In this document: piece by piece, positions 13,330 to 28,696 of the stretch
How positions within the stretch are numbered: position 1 is the stretch's first letter
Layout: each line of letters opens with the position of its first letter
DNA from: Octopus vulgaris
Taxonomy: Eukaryota
Reading direction: 5' to 3'
Assembly: GCA_951406725.2 (NCBI GenBank)
Contig: OX597833.1
Span: forward strand, 7,316,001-7,380,000
Length of the DNA: 64,000 nt
The notes under the pieces: model-generated
The model's database searches: none
Told to the model about the DNA's origin: nothing
Seen by the model: the letters and a program-made list of their open reading frames with translations, nothing else
Position numbers and translations under genes: made by a program

Positions 13330-13863
13330 TGACCGCCAACCGAGTGTGAATCCCAGTTTCAAATCCTGGTTGAAACCAGTTCATTTCACTCGCACCGCGA
13401 ATACCATCGTAATTCGCAAGAACCCACGACACCTCATCTCTCCTTCCCTAAAATATGAAACTCTTATCGTTCATCTGAAGGAGCTCTGATATATAAAACA
13501 CTTCTCTGAATTGGATGTTGGAGTTTTTTGTCTGTCGCCTGGGGAGAATTATATAACTTAATTCGGTCATCCATCGTCAATAGGAAGGGCATGGACGTCA
13601 GGTCACAACATTTAGTTGTATCTCATCAAATGTGTATAGAGATATTCAATTATTAGAGAGTTATCTTGAAAATTAAGGTCTTCACGTCGCAAAAAGTCTA
13701 GCGAAATCAGTGTATTGTGAAAGGACTTTTGAACCAGAGGAGGCTCACCTCCATCGCACAAGAACGGGAAGATCTGCCAAACTTGCACAAACCCCCAACT
13801 CAAAACAGGGAAAGACACAAGAGATAATGGAATCTTATATGTATAACAGCCATGCTTCACCGT

Positions 13864-13946
<83 letters not shown>

Positions 13947-14480
13947 GCTCATTTCAAAACTATAATAGAACTATTGAACTGCTCCTATCTATTACACTAC
14001 CATTCTATGGAATCACACCGATAGTACCCCACCTCCATTGTGCTACCAGTTCACTGTCACCCAACTACAAAACCAACCATAACTATACAAATATACTTCA
14101 TGGTGCATCAGATTATTGTCGGGTGTATACAAGAATGAACAAACTCGATTTTCTAGTGTTGATGCCTTTCTTTAGAGACATTGCTAATGCTTGGATTTAG
14201 TGAACGACCATATTTTCCACATCCTTTCTCCACATAACCCTCCTCCTTTTATCCCTCCTCCTTCTCTTCCTCCTCCTTCTTCTCCTTTTATCCCTCCTCC
14301 TTCTCTTCCTCTTCCTTCTTCTCCTTTTATCCCTCCTCCTACTTCATGCCATACCAACTTTGTTTTGCCTTCCACACTTTATAAATATATAACAACAAAC
14401 GACGATGAGACCTGAAGACGGCTGGACATATTACCGATCGAAATGTTACGTTAAAGACTCTAACCAATATTTCACGATAC
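13330..14480 (+). mobile_element. Possible decayed Penelope-like remnant ending in a degenerate hammerhead motif
   Basis: Fragments LYLIKC and GGSPPSHKNGKICQTCTN resemble the Cys-rich linker and GIY-YIG region; CTGAAGA-CGGCTGG...CCGATC-GAAA at 14412-14443. Confidence 0.3.
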
Positions 14481-14487
14481 CTACACG

Positions 14488-14668
<181 letters not shown>

Positions 14669-14893
14669 GGCGCGTATAATTATTCGGTGGCCCATTCGTT
14701 CTTCTTTACACAATGAAATAGTTGACGTGTGTTTACAGTGTATAAGAAATATTTTCCCAAATTTTTCATTTTCAGTCTTTCCTCTCTACTACCTACATAC
14801 CTACATACATACATACATAGGGCAATATATCGATTCATAGAATCGCATGGCTATGTGGCAATCACAGCAAGCTCTTCTATCTAGTGAACCCGA

Positions 14894-14984
<91 letters not shown>

Positions 14985-15070
14985 CATATCAGACATATAT
15001 ATATATACATGTATATATATATATATACATATATACATACATATATATATAAATACACACACACACACAC

Positions 15071-15124
<54 letters not shown>

Positions 15125-15134
15125 CATATATATG

Positions 15135-15216
<82 letters not shown>

Positions 15217-15803
15217 TACATATATATATCTATAATTGTATATATATATACACACACACATATATACATACATACATACATACATATATACATAAATACA
15301 TACATACATACATACCTACATAGTTAAACCAGCGTATAAATTTATTATGCGTTTAAACCATAAATAAAGTACATGCTTTTATAACGTAGCTATAAGCTGC
15401 GATTTATCAGTGAAGCTGCGGAATGGCGAGATCAGTGGTGAAAGACCGCAACTAAGAAAGTCAAGAGTCTCTCATTTGTTCCGACACCCAACCCACTCTT
15501 TGGAGAATATTTTAGAGTATTCTTCACAGATATATTCTTCAGAATTTCTAAATGTATAGCTTTTACCATTTAAATGTAGTTTTAAAGCAATGAACGTTCT
15601 TATATGTTATGTTGTCTCCGTGTGGAGAGGATGGATACTTCGCTTCGTTTTTGAACTGGTTCCGTCCTTTGTATTAACTCCATCGTTCTTTTCTCTCTCT
15701 CTTATTTTGACTTCTGACTTAAGCACTAATGATTTCCGCTTAATAGCTCCTTAGTTTTGCATATCAGAATTTGAATTATTACCATTCCTGCCATGCTCTG
15801 CAG

Positions 15804-16332
15804 AAATTTCAAAAGTTCTTACAGTGTTTCACCTCTAAGAACTTTGGGAAATGCAACAAATTTTCGCTCTGTTTCGAATGTAAGAATTTTGGCAAGAGCC
15901 ATAAGTTCTTACAATTTTTGAGCAACAGGAACTCAGAAAACTCGACAATTTCTTGGAATGCTATACCAGCGAGAACTTTCGGGAAGGCCTCAAGTTGTTG
16001 CAGAATTTCGCCTGTAAGAGCTTCTGGAAAATGTCACAATTCCTTGCAGTGTTTCAACTGTAGGCACTCGGAACATTTCTGTAATTTCTTGTTTTGTTCC
16101 AACTGCAAGAATTTTGTGAAATTCCACAAGTTGTTGCAGGGTTTCACCGATAAGAACTTAAGACAAGGTCAAGTTCCTGAAGAAATAGAACGGTAAAAAA
16201 GAGAGAAAAAAAAAAGGGAACGGCAGAGTTTTGTAATGTTCGACCAGTCAGACCTCTGGGAAATTTCAAAAGTTCTTGTAGAGTTCCATCTGCAGGAACT
16301 TTGCGAAATTCCATAAATTCTTGTAGTGTTTC
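15804..16332. repeat. Degenerate 45-nt tandem array: 8 full units 15804-16163, a partial unit, then ~1.6 units at 16261-16332; each unit is internally palindromic
   Basis: Unit starts 15804, 15849, 15894, 15939, 15984, 16029, 16074, 16119; consensus approx AAATTCCACAAGTTCTTGCAGTGTTTCAACTGTAAGAACTTTGGG. Confidence 0.85.
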
Positions 16333-16900
16333 TCTTCACTTTATTGTTTTGCTTCTTTTCCTGTTCTTTCCACACGATTTTTGTTGCTGTTGCCACCGTT
16401 GTTGTTGTTGTTGTTCTTGTTCCTGTTTCGACTAATTTATTTTCTTTTTGTTTTAATTTTATTGTTGCTGTTCTTGTTCTTGTTTTCCAAGGACACGGAT
16501 GATTGAATTCCCAAAAAGGGTAAACCAAAATGTCTGTCGATAGCTAATGACTCGTGGAAGCGCCATTCCACTGCATGCGAGCCACTAAAGTCCTTGGCAA
16601 AGGTATGAACATCTCAACGTCACAGATCCAATCACCATCCATCTTTATACAATGTTTGGTGCCGAATCACAAATCGAACTCCGTTCAATGGTATTCCGAG
16701 TGCAAATCCAGCCGCAGTTGACTCTGCTTTTCCTCGATCCAGATTCGATATCAGCAAGTACCAGTCATATACGGCGGTCCTTGTGATCTAGTGACCGACT
16801 GTATCCTCCTTTTAAATAGTGATAGCCTCCGTGATGATGACACAAATTAATGTTTAATTTTACAGTAACATGGGGAAAAATTTTATACACGGCAGAGAAA

Positions 16901-16952
<52 letters not shown>

Positions 16953-17051
16953 GAGAGAGAAGGGTTGCACTTTCAGTTCTTGGGTGAAGCAAGAAGGCAT
17001 GACTATCACAACGTAGAGGCCTGCTCTTCATTTTAACTCTGACCAATTTTG

Positions 17052-17280
17052 AGACAACCAGAAACCAACTACACTTCAGATTTTTTTATGCGAGTTTAGC
17101 TTCTCCTTGAAGGAAGATCTAATGAGAACTAGAAGTCCTTCACTACCCGTGGTTCACATGCTAGTTGACCCATACGGGGGACCCTAATAGGTATTACTGT
17201 TCCGGTTCAGGGAAGGGGCCAAGAGGTGGTTCAACATTCCACAAAACCTTGGAATTCCCCCACTGAGACAAGACAACCGG
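17052..17280 (+). mobile_element. Dispersed repeat copy 1 (same family as 27243-27510)
   Basis: Shared blocks AGTTTAGCTTCTCCTT, TCTAA.GAGAAC, TGCTAGT, GGGACCCTA, GTGGTTCAACA in the same order. Confidence 0.7.
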
Positions 17281-17578
17281 GCGTATGTATGTACGTATAT
17301 ATGTATATATACAAACATATATACACACATATATGCAAACATAAACACAGTCACACACACGCACACACACTCAAACAAAAACACAGTTTCACACATACGT
17401 GTGTGGATGCGAGTGCGTATATCTGTGTATGGTTGTGTCTATATGTATGTATGTGTATATGTGCGTATATGTGTATCTGAGAGAGAAGGGGGTGAGGATT
17501 CCTCGAAACTATCAAGTCAGAACAAAACTTGTTTGAAGGACGTCTTACATAATTAGATGTTAAGGAGTGTGTATACTT

Positions 17579-17643
<65 letters not shown>

Positions 17644-17940
17644 GCATTTAAAATGTATGTATGTATATATGCATTTATATGGATGGATGTATGTGTGTCG
17701 ATGCGTGTACGTATATATGTATTTTATATATATGCACATATATATATATATGTGCGTGTGTGTGTGTGTGTGTATCTGTAACAAAGCCCTACCTTCCTTC
17801 TCCTACATACACATACGCGCACACACACATACATACATACGTACATACATACATACATACATACATACATACATACATACATACATAGCCTCACACACAC
17901 ATCATGCCTGCTGGATGTCTGTGAATCATATGGCACCAGA

Positions 17941-17976
<36 letters not shown>

Positions 17977-18305
17977 CAATGTCAGCGCTGCTCAAAGCGA
18001 ACCATTTTTAGCCGTGGTAACCTGAGAGGGTAGCTACCTTCGCTTATCTCTTCTCTCCTCCTCCACTCCCTCCCCATCCACCCTAAGCTTGTTCATCCCT
18101 AATCAGTAGATCTTATTGAGCATAGCTACCCCGCTCCTTCCTGTGCTAGCACCATTGAAATAGGCGCATACCTACATATGCGTGTGCACACGAGTACATT
18201 ATAACATAAACATGTTTGGATGTATATAATGCGTTTTTGTACGAATACGCTTATAGAATATAGATATATGCGTTTGTGCTTATAACGCATTTATGTGCGC
18301 ATGTA

Positions 18306-18371
<66 letters not shown>

Positions 18372-18407
18372 GAGATATGTGTGCACATATATTTATGTAT
18401 GCATATG

Positions 18408-18438
<31 letters not shown>

Positions 18439-18672
18439 ATAAGAACTATCAAACACCGCCTGGTTTCTCTTACAAGAGAAGCCTGGCAGAATGCGATGGT
18501 CACGTGACTACATCCAATCCTTTACCATCTCTGCCTATCTCTCTCTCTCTTTCTCTCTCTCTTTCGCTTTCTCTTTCTCTCTGATTATCTATCTACCTAT
18601 CTCCCACTCTCTCGTTGATATTCTCCCTTTCTTCTCTACAACATTCTTTTTATTCAATCTCTAAATCACAAA

Positions 18673-18715
<43 letters not shown>

Positions 18716-18877
18716 CTTCTTTCCCTTCTCTCGATTTCCTCTCCTTATCGGAATCGCTAAAATTCTTTGCCAGTTCTTAACTTTCACTCATTCCCTCTCT
18801 CTTCCTCTCTCTTCCCCTCTCGTCCTTTCTCCCCACCCACTAATTCATTCCTCACTCTTTCCTCACACCCTCTAAAC

Positions 18878-19140
18878 CAGTGGTTTTCAACCTGGCTCCA
18901 TATTACCCCCTTGGGTCTGTGGGGGTGGGGGTGGGGGGCAAACAAAATTTTGCTAAAGTTTATGTGCAATAAATTGTTTATAATTCTACAATACATTAAA
19001 TATTGAATTTTTTTTTTTTTTTACATATAATTCCTAATAATATTTGATAATAAAAATATGAAGATTGTTTTTAAAGCATCGAATGGCGAAGAGGGTCCAC
19101 CCAAGAGGGTCCATCGGTAAAAACTGGCTGAGAACCACTG
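18878..19140. mobile_element. hAT-superfamily MITE (non-autonomous DNA transposon), 263 bp
   Basis: TIRs CAGTGGTTTTCAACC / GGCTGAGAACCACTG; decayed 8-bp TSD CTCTAAAC (18870-18877) vs CTCGAAGC (19141-19148). Confidence 0.85.
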
Positions 19141-19364
19141 CTCGAAGCCCTCTTGGCTAGATACTGACCAGTCAACCAGACACACTAACACACACACACA
19201 CATACAAGTATACATACACGTATATACATACAAAATTACGGATATTTAAGCATACAAATATCCACAAGGAACATGCATACATCAGAACAAACCATAACAT
19301 TTTCCCAGAAGATAAGTTATACACACACCGTAAAAGTTTATACACAAAATAACTGTATATATAC

Positions 19365-19482
<118 letters not shown>

Positions 19483-19499
19483 CATCAATCTATCTACTC

Positions 19500-19616
<117 letters not shown>

Positions 19617-19756
19617 TGTATGTATGTATGTATGCAACTATATTTATGTACATGTTAAAATGTTGCAATGAGTGTAGACAGATTCAAACGCATGCATACA
19701 TACATGGTATATGTACATATATATATATATATATTTATATATACACGTATATACGC

Positions 19757-19830
<74 letters not shown>

Positions 19831-20138
19831 ACAGAAAGACGACAGGGAGAGATAGAAAGAGAAGAGGGGGAAAACAAGCTGAGATGTAAAAAATCGGAGA
19901 GATTTGTTCTGCGAGTTAATAATAGATTGTTGTTAAGTCAGTGTTTTCTGTATTTTGGTAAAACTAACAGCAACCTGTCCATATAAGACCTGCTGGATGA
20001 TGGTGGCTGACAGAGAACAGGGTTAACACACAACACACACACACACATACCTGCTTAGCTGCCAGCCTTCCATAGCACAGTGTGTAGAGTGCATAACACT
20101 TTTATGCATAGATGGAAAGTATATATATACATACATAC

Positions 20139-20183
<45 letters not shown>

Positions 20184-20196
20184 CGTACATACGTAC

Positions 20197-20351
<155 letters not shown>

Positions 20352-20579
20352 TATGTATATATATATGTGTGTGTGTATGTGTGTGGTGTAAATACGTATG
20401 CAATCTATAATATGAAGAAAAAGCAAATTTGAAATGATAATTTTAGTTATTTTACGTAAATCTATATTCATCTCATGTGTACATACTTATGCACACACAC
20501 ACACATATATATATGTGTGTGTGTGTGTATGTATGTATGTATATACTTATATACATATGTATAAATGTGTGCATCTAAA

Positions 20580-20678
<99 letters not shown>

Positions 20679-20688
20679 GAGAGAGATG

Positions 20689-20719
<31 letters not shown>

Positions 20720-22106
20720 AGAGCGCGAGAGCGAACCTAATCCTGGTTTTACATTTAATGTGCCTCTCGTTCGTTTAAAGACAATCTCCTGGTTGTTAGG
20801 TTCCTTCAGCAGTTTTTAGACTTATTTCGAATTATTCCGACCAAATGTGCATAGCTTCCTTCCTTTCTTCCTTCCACCTATCTCAGGGAGCCTATCTCAG
20901 GGAGTCTGGAAAGGGTCGTGAGTCATGCCCCAACCTAATCTTTTGGGGTCTTTAAGATATATCCCTTATTTATGTGTAAGATCTTGCATGCTGCACCTTT
21001 CTGGATTCAGATTGTGTTGATACTTTAGTAATAAAAATGTGATGTTGTGATATTCATGGGTTCTCGGTTGTCTGGGTTTCGTTTTCAATCGATGCAGCTG
21101 CTTTTTCTGTCATTCCTTTAGGAAAGGGATACACACCACATTCTTCATAGCAACAACACAAAGACTTCCTACCTACATCAGCATCTTATGTATTTCTCTC
21201 TGCTCTCTGTCTCTCTTTGTAATTTCCAAGAAACGACCCGGTTTCGAGGTTTCAAGAAGTCAAAGTTAATTCTAAAACCGTAAAAGCTCTAAGCTTTCGT
21301 TTCATCTTTAAACAAACAATTCTAAGAGATTAATCCTTATTAGGCAAATCCTAATCTCATTTTATTCTGCTGATCCACCCATCAACCCCGAATCTCATAA
21401 AGGACAACGTTCTTGTTATCTCAAAGTACATCAAAATACGTGGACATAAGCAGAAATATTGTACACGGAGACGCCACAACTGATACGAAGCAAAAACCAT
21501 GCTTGCAGTCGAGACAATTAACGTTTAGTCATTGTTTAAGTAAACGGATTGTGGCCATGCTGTAGCACCACTTTTAATTGTAATGGTGCCTTGTGTTTAC
21601 TGTTTTATGGATGAGGGACTCTGGAGCTTCTGTCCCCAATTGCATTTCCTGTTACAACAGAGGTTCAGCTAATACCTTACACAGTTGAAGGTTCACTTGC
21701 TGTTAACTTATCACAATTACAGATACATAATCTTCCCTAAGTATTTGTTATCTAAATCTCGGCCTTTTGGCGGGTCCGAACGTGAATGTACAGAACACTG
21801 TTCCGGACCCGCTCTATCAATTCTTATGGTACAATAACTTATTTGAGAAGTTTTAGTAATTACATGGTTATTGTCAGAATTTGGGTCCAATCGTCAGTTA
21901 TTTGAAGTTTTTTTTTTTGTCATATTGGGCGAATATTATCTGAACTTCTGCCCCTTCATCAAAGCCTCAGAAGTTAATGTCGTCAAACAGACAGACATAG
22001 ACAGGCAGTCATGGTGTCATGTTTGCACATAACCAGATTCAATATTTTAAAACTCAGAAATTATACTTAAACTTCAGATTCAAAACTGTCGACACTTCAC
22101 GCTTTG

Positions 22107-22167
<61 letters not shown>

Positions 22168-22688
22168 CACACATGTACACACATTTGCACATTCACACAC
22201 ATTCGTTCACACACACACACACAAGCACATAGATTTAGATCAACCTAGCGGAGCTGCTGGAAATAACTACGAAATCTTTTATCTTACATTCCACAGTCTT
22301 AAAAATGGAAGGTACTCTAATGTTGCCTAGAATATGGACAAGATGGTCGCGGTCGGAACGTACTTCATCACAACCCTAATAATTAAGGGCCACCATGGGT
22401 ATAAACACCAACGTAACATTCGTTATCTGTGTCGAAACACTCAAGTTATAAATGGCACATGCAATCGGTCCACACTGAACCCTGATTCAAGGCTTTTAAA
22501 CACATCTCCACCACCCAGAAATTAAACCTGAAATCCCTCAACCTATAAACCCACCCCAATGATATTCTACCCGTTACTCAATACACCATTCATATCCCCA
22601 ACTACTTTCATATAGATTCAGCTTTGATTCCCGTTTGATTCTTCGAGCTTTTCTGTTGCGATTGATGTGTATTTCTCTCTGTGAATGT

Positions 22689-22760
<72 letters not shown>

Positions 22761-22838
22761 TATACTATCCATTTGTGTGTATGTGTGTGTTGTTGTTTTC
22801 ATCGTTCTCCGTCTTGTTGTTTGAAGTCATATACCTAC

Positions 22839-22888
<50 letters not shown>

Positions 22889-23029
22889 TAGATAGATAGA
22901 TCCAGTATGTAAAGATCCCTTATATACACCCAACATAACTCGCTATCATAAAACACGATACGGACAGATTATGACCAGAGACTCGGTGTGTGAATATTGA
23001 CTGGATTGATAGACACTTCATAACAGCGA

Positions 23030-23183
23030 TTCTTTTTCAGAACCGCTAAGTTACGAGGACGTGAACAAAACAACACCGGTTGTCAAGCAGTGATAGTGGG
23101 GACAAAGCACACTATGCACTTATACATATATACATACACATGTGTGTGTATATATAATGTGTGAGTGTGTGTACATATATATT

Positions 23184-23249
<66 letters not shown>

Positions 23250-23375
23250 TTTGTGTATGCATGTATGGCAGGCTTCTACACAGTTTCCATGTGTACCACA
23301 AAGTCTTGGGCGGGCAAGGCTAGAGTAGAAGACACTTGGCCAGTGTGCCGCGTAGAGGGACTAAACTCCATCAAA
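23030..23375 (-). mobile_element. tRNA-derived SINE with internal (CA)/(TA) microsatellite, third family
   Basis: GAACCGCTAAGTTACG.GGACGT.AAC...CACCGGTTGTCAAGC and GGCTA.AGTAGAAGACACTTG...GGGACT.AAC blocks recalled from an abundant octopus SINE; tRNA-like head at the right end. Confidence 0.7.
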
Positions 23376-24145
23376 CCCACTTCAATACCTGCGTCTGTTG
23401 TATATGGATTGACCATCGGCTGGATATTAAGAAAACCTTCTTATCGATATTTATAATATATTTCAGCGAAAACCTAAAAAAAAAGACTTGTTAACAATCC
23501 AAGTTGTGAAGTAGATTGTTCGACAGGACGGTAGCTTGATATCAAGACAACGTTAGTTTTCATTGTAACTGTAGCCACAGCTGGTGGTAGATACGAACAG
23601 ATGTGGTAGATATTGTTAATGATATACGGTAGTGTAAGTATACAAACATAATTACACACACACACACACACACACACTCACATAATTACACATACTTACA
23701 CATACTCACACACTCACATAATTACACATACACACATTTTATATATATATATATATACATATTTATAAGTATAGGCCCTGGCAGACTCTGTTGCTATTCT
23801 GCTTTGGGGAAAGATAGAATTGATTTGCTTCTGGTTAATCTGAAAATGGCAGAATGAAGAAACAGCCAGAAAAACTTGCTGCACATAGATCTCTGCCTGT
23901 GGTTTTTCAAGTGTGACTCTCGGAATACCAGCAGAGCGAAATGTCGCCTTTCTGTAAGTAAATTAATCTCCCACTGTTGCGGCACATATTGTTTAGTCAC
24001 TCGTATTTCGTATATTTGACACAGTGCAATGCATAGAAATAAATAGGTTGTAAATAACATACGCTAATGTGATAGAAGTAATGTAACCCAGAACAGACAA
24101 AAGAAGGAATAAAACATTGTATATTTGTCTATTAATCACTTATTA

Positions 24146-24218
24146 AGCAGATTGGCGCAGTGGAAGCGTGTTGGGGCCCATAGCTAAGAGGTCCGTAGAT
24201 CGAAACTACGCTCTGCGA
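24146..24218 (+). pseudogene. Initiator tRNA-Met (CAT) pseudogene or degenerate copy
   Basis: AGCAGATTGGCGCAGTGGAAGCGTGTTGGGGCCCATAGCTAAGAGGTCCGTAGATCGAAACTACGCTCTGCGA follows the metazoan iMet pattern including the GATCGAAAC T-loop; broken 1:72 and 7:66 pairs, an extra G and a disrupted anticodon stem. Confidence 0.85.
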
Positions 24219-24770
24219 AGCAGTGGTTGCTATTTTGGATGTTTATACATCGCAACCGAATTCTCTACAAATATAACAACTATACATTATATATTCACAA
24301 TTTCTATCTTACGATAGGAATTTACCGATGGGGTTCGCCAAGTGACCGGCGTAAACCCAGGTAGCATAATGGCCAGAGACAACAACAACACGACTTTTCA
24401 CTTAGCATAGAGATAAAGATTCGTACACAACCATACACGAATACATCAAAAACAAACATGAACGACAGGTGCCTGTCGCTTGTCATCTCTGCTGTTTCTT
24501 TCCTAAACACCAATTCTATATCCCTACCACTTCTACCCTCTTCGATTTCTACCACCAACGCAAGCCTCATTACAAAAGTTATAAACCGCAGAATAACAAA
24601 CACGTTTACTCCTCGTCAGACTTTACACGGGAATCGGGAAACATGTTTACCCATGATACTTGCTAATGCATATTTATTGTAACACACACACACACACATA
24701 CACACACACACACACACAATTTATTTCACACTGTCATCTTCCGATTAGTAAGTTCGACTTGATTGTTACA

Positions 24771-24810
24771 ATCACAGTGTTTCGCCCATCAAACTTCTTC
24801 AGGTGTCCGC
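24771..24810 (-). ncRNA. Degenerate minimal hammerhead ribozyme motif (Penelope type)
   Basis: Minus strand CTGAAGA-AGTTTGATGGGC-GAAAC-ACTGTG; core boxes present but stem II is mostly G-U and stem I is not recoverable. Confidence 0.35.
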
Positions 24811-25174
24811 CGTAGTCGGTAACATATTCAAAATTTCAAATACAAATATTTATTAAATCGTCGGCGATAAATAGTTCTTCGACTGTCCTTACCAAAGATG
24901 ACCACCTACCGTTTGTTCTTCAGTTTGTGCTATCACTAACTCGTTCGACTGGAAACAAAGAATATGTCATTTGGCTGTGCTAGGGATTGATCTCATGCCC
25001 ACTCGCTCTTCTACTTCATTTGATCAATGTTTATAACCACTGTCACGTTGTCATGTGGTACAAGTACTTAATAATAATTCGGATTAACGGTCCACTTGTA
25101 AAAACCAAGATGGGAGCGCTATTCTGACTGCATTAGTGTATAAGTGTTGATACACACACACATAAATGTATATG

Positions 25175-25240
<66 letters not shown>

Positions 25241-25292
25241 TACATATAAGTGTGGGTGAGGTGTGTGTGTACGTGTATGCATACACACACAC

Positions 25293-25347
<55 letters not shown>

Positions 25348-25544
25348 TAGATAGATAGATAGATATATAGATAGATAGAAAGATAGACCTTTCTTCTTTA
25401 GGACCTCAACTCTTGATGAAAGGTAGGAGCGCCATCGTGACTGATGTCATGTCTAGGGCATTCCTGACGTAAAGCTAGCCGAACCGAACCCCCACCAGGG
25501 ATTATAAGCATATCTAACTACTTCCCAAAAGAAATACAGGGAAA

Positions 25545-25710
25545 TAATGTGGCCCAGTACAGAACTGGTACTTTATTTAACGATCTCCCCACCCCCGAAA
25601 AGATGAAACACAAATTTAGCCTCAACGGGATTTAAATTCAGAGCAAAAAGAGCCGGAATGAACATTGAAAGATATTTTGTTCGTCGCGCTAACGACTCTG
25701 CTAATACACC
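25545..25710 (-). mobile_element. Dominant SINE, reverse orientation
   Basis: CCCAGTACAGAACTGGTACTTTATTT...AAAGATGAAA...GGGATTTAAATTCAGAGC...CTAACGACTCTGCTA is the reverse complement of the consensus. Confidence 0.75.
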
Positions 25711-25738
25711 GCATTACACGCGCGTGCGTGTGTGTGGG

Positions 25739-25842
<104 letters not shown>

Positions 25843-26339
25843 AAAGAAAGGGAGAAAAAGGAGAAAGAGGGAGACAGAAAGGTATACATGTTGACTATTA
25901 ACGTGTAACTTTGGCAAAAAGCCACAAATTTAGAAAGAATTTTGTGTTCCTTTTGGAAAAACCGGAAGGAACAGGTTTATCACGCTCGGTTTGGAACTGA
26001 GAATGTAAAGCGGCAAACTGTAAATACCACGTGACATTTAATCACACATTTTGGGATAATCAGATAATAAGATAATAACATATGATATAATTTATTACGT
26101 GGTTTGATACGAACCTACGAGTAAAATAGGCATAGATTCATATTATGTCGTATCCATATTTGACAATGAGTCTGCAGCTATCAGAGAAAAAAAAGACTGG
26201 AGTTTCCATGTAATATTTCTAATCTCTCTGTCTGATACGGAAATTATTATTTTTGACACGAAATTACGAGTGAAATACGTCTAGATTCAAATAATAAAAT
26301 ATTTGTATTTGACTTTAACGTACCAACGGGAAAAGACGG

Positions 26340-26760
26340 TGGGGGCAAGGACGCTTATGGTGTTTATATTGTAGTATCATTAGAACATCGAAAAATGTCT
26401 CGTGATATTGTGCAAGTTATGTATGTTCTGGGTTCAAATCCTGCCGACGTCAATTTTATGTTTCATTCCTCTGAGATCGATAATATAAAGGACAAATCAA
26501 GTACAAGATGAATCGCATTTCTGGCCTTACACCTATTTTAGAAAATATTCTTTAAGCCGTCCGGTAAGTGATAGATTAGCACAGTGGTCAGAGCGTCGTA
26601 AAAAATACCTTGCCTCATGAATTTCGGTTCTTTACGTTCTGAGTTCGAATCCCACATACTTTGCATCTCACTGGGTTCAAGTTACAGGTCAAATACTGGG
26701 GTCGATTAAATGGTCTCATATCCCCCACCTCCCGCCACGATATTTATGTCTTTCTTCAAA
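26340..26760 (+). mobile_element. Two degenerate tandem copies of the dominant SINE
   Basis: GTTCTGGGTTCAAATCCTGCCGA..., GTTCTGAGTTCGAATCCC...TACTGGGGTCGATT. Confidence 0.7.
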
Positions 26761-27242
26761 TTTATATCATTATTATAATAATTATTATTGTTATTGTTGA
26801 AGTTTAGAAAATATATTTATAACGAAATTCAAAATTCGATATCACTTTTATATTATCTTAATCAAATGACTTCCTCAGAATCTTTCTGATATTCTGCCTC
26901 TTACCCCACCTCCTCCTCCTCCTTCTTCTCTCTTTGATTCCATCTAATACTCACCTACTTACCCACTCAACCATCTCCCTAAAAACCCACTCACCTACCC
27001 ACCCATCTACCTACCTACCTACCCACCCATCTACCTACCTACCTACCTACCTACCTACCTACAAATACTGTGGAGGTCGGCTTGTGACTAAGATCCCTTC
27101 TTAACCTCAGTTAGTCCGTGAAAATGACCCTTGAGTCCAAGAAGTTCCTGTGCATGAATCTGTTCTCAGTGCATAAAGTGTTGCCCGTCACAGGACCCAC
27201 TTTTCAACTGGTCGCAAAACCAGTGACACAACAGAGGTCAAG

Positions 27243-27510
27243 ATGACCAGAGACCAAATGCAATTCAGGGATTTTTTACAAGTTTAGCTTCTCCTTAAAA
27301 GAAATTCTAACGAGAACGAACGGTTCCTTTACTCTTAGTGTTTTACCTGCTAGTAACCGCATAGCTGGGACCCTATCAGCTGCTACAGCACCGGGTCAGA
27401 GTAAATATGGGGACACCAGCAGCTGAGAAGTGGTTCAACACTCTTCAAAATCCAGGAACACTCGTGCTTAGGGCCCCACGACCGAGTGCAGTTTCAAATC
27501 ATACACAGGA
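27243..27510 (+). mobile_element. Dispersed repeat copy 2 (same family as 17052-17280)
   Basis: Collinear similarity with 17052-17280. Confidence 0.7.
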
Positions 27511-27642
27511 CATGCACACACACACATCTACAGCTGGCAGTCAATATATGCATATACATAATAATTATTATTATTATAAGCTTAAACCTAATATATATAT
27601 ATATATATATATAATATTATATCATGTGTATATATGCATATA

Positions 27643-27699
<57 letters not shown>

Positions 27700-27803
27700 C
27701 TATATATATATAAAATATTATATATATATATAAAATATATTATATTATATAAATATATATATAATATTATATATATATATGCATGTATATATGTATGTAT
27801 GTG

Positions 27804-27836
<33 letters not shown>

Positions 27837-27901
27837 TTAGTGAAGGGAAGAAATGGAGCCGAACGAATAATCCGTAACAAGATAATTCATTTATCCATTT
27901 C

Positions 27902-27985
<84 letters not shown>

Positions 27986-28329
27986 CATGTATATATACAT
28001 ACGCACACTCGCACACACGTATATATATATTCCTATCCACATATATACACATGTACTCATATCAACTAGGGAGTACAAACACTCTATTTCGATTCCTGGA
28101 TCGAACTGCGTTCATTTTGAAATTGAATTCATGTGTTCGCAAAGATCAACCTATGTATATACATATATATATATATACATAGATACATACATACACAGAC
28201 GCTCACGTAGACACACATGTATATTTATATAGACTCGTTTTTATATACACTTCTTTTGTTCTTGATTTTATAGATTGCAGCAAAATATATGCTTCTGCAG
28301 GATGTTTGTTTCAATAGTAATGATTCATT

Positions 28330-28383
<54 letters not shown>

Positions 28384-28509
28384 AGTATTGTCGCTGGAAC
28401 TCAATTTTGTACATGTCATTTCTTATTTGATATTCTATCGCTATATACACACATACATACATACATACATACATACACACATACATACACACATACATAC
28501 ATACATACA

Positions 28510-28545
<36 letters not shown>

Positions 28546-28696
28546 TATATATATTCGTACGCACATACGTGTATATATAAAAGTGGTGGTATTTTTATAG
28601 CAGTATTGATATTAATAAATTGATGAATAAGAAAAAAAGAAAAGAGCTTATTTTATAAACATACTGCTAAAGCAAAAACTAACTATTGAGCACACC

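Noticed and set aside
15804-16332. CRISPR array interpretation of the palindromic 45-nt units
   Set aside because: No unique spacers, repeats are highly diverged, no cas genes, eukaryotic context
24146-24218. Functional initiator tRNA gene
   Set aside because: Acceptor-stem and anticodon-stem mismatches plus an insertion; called a pseudogene instead
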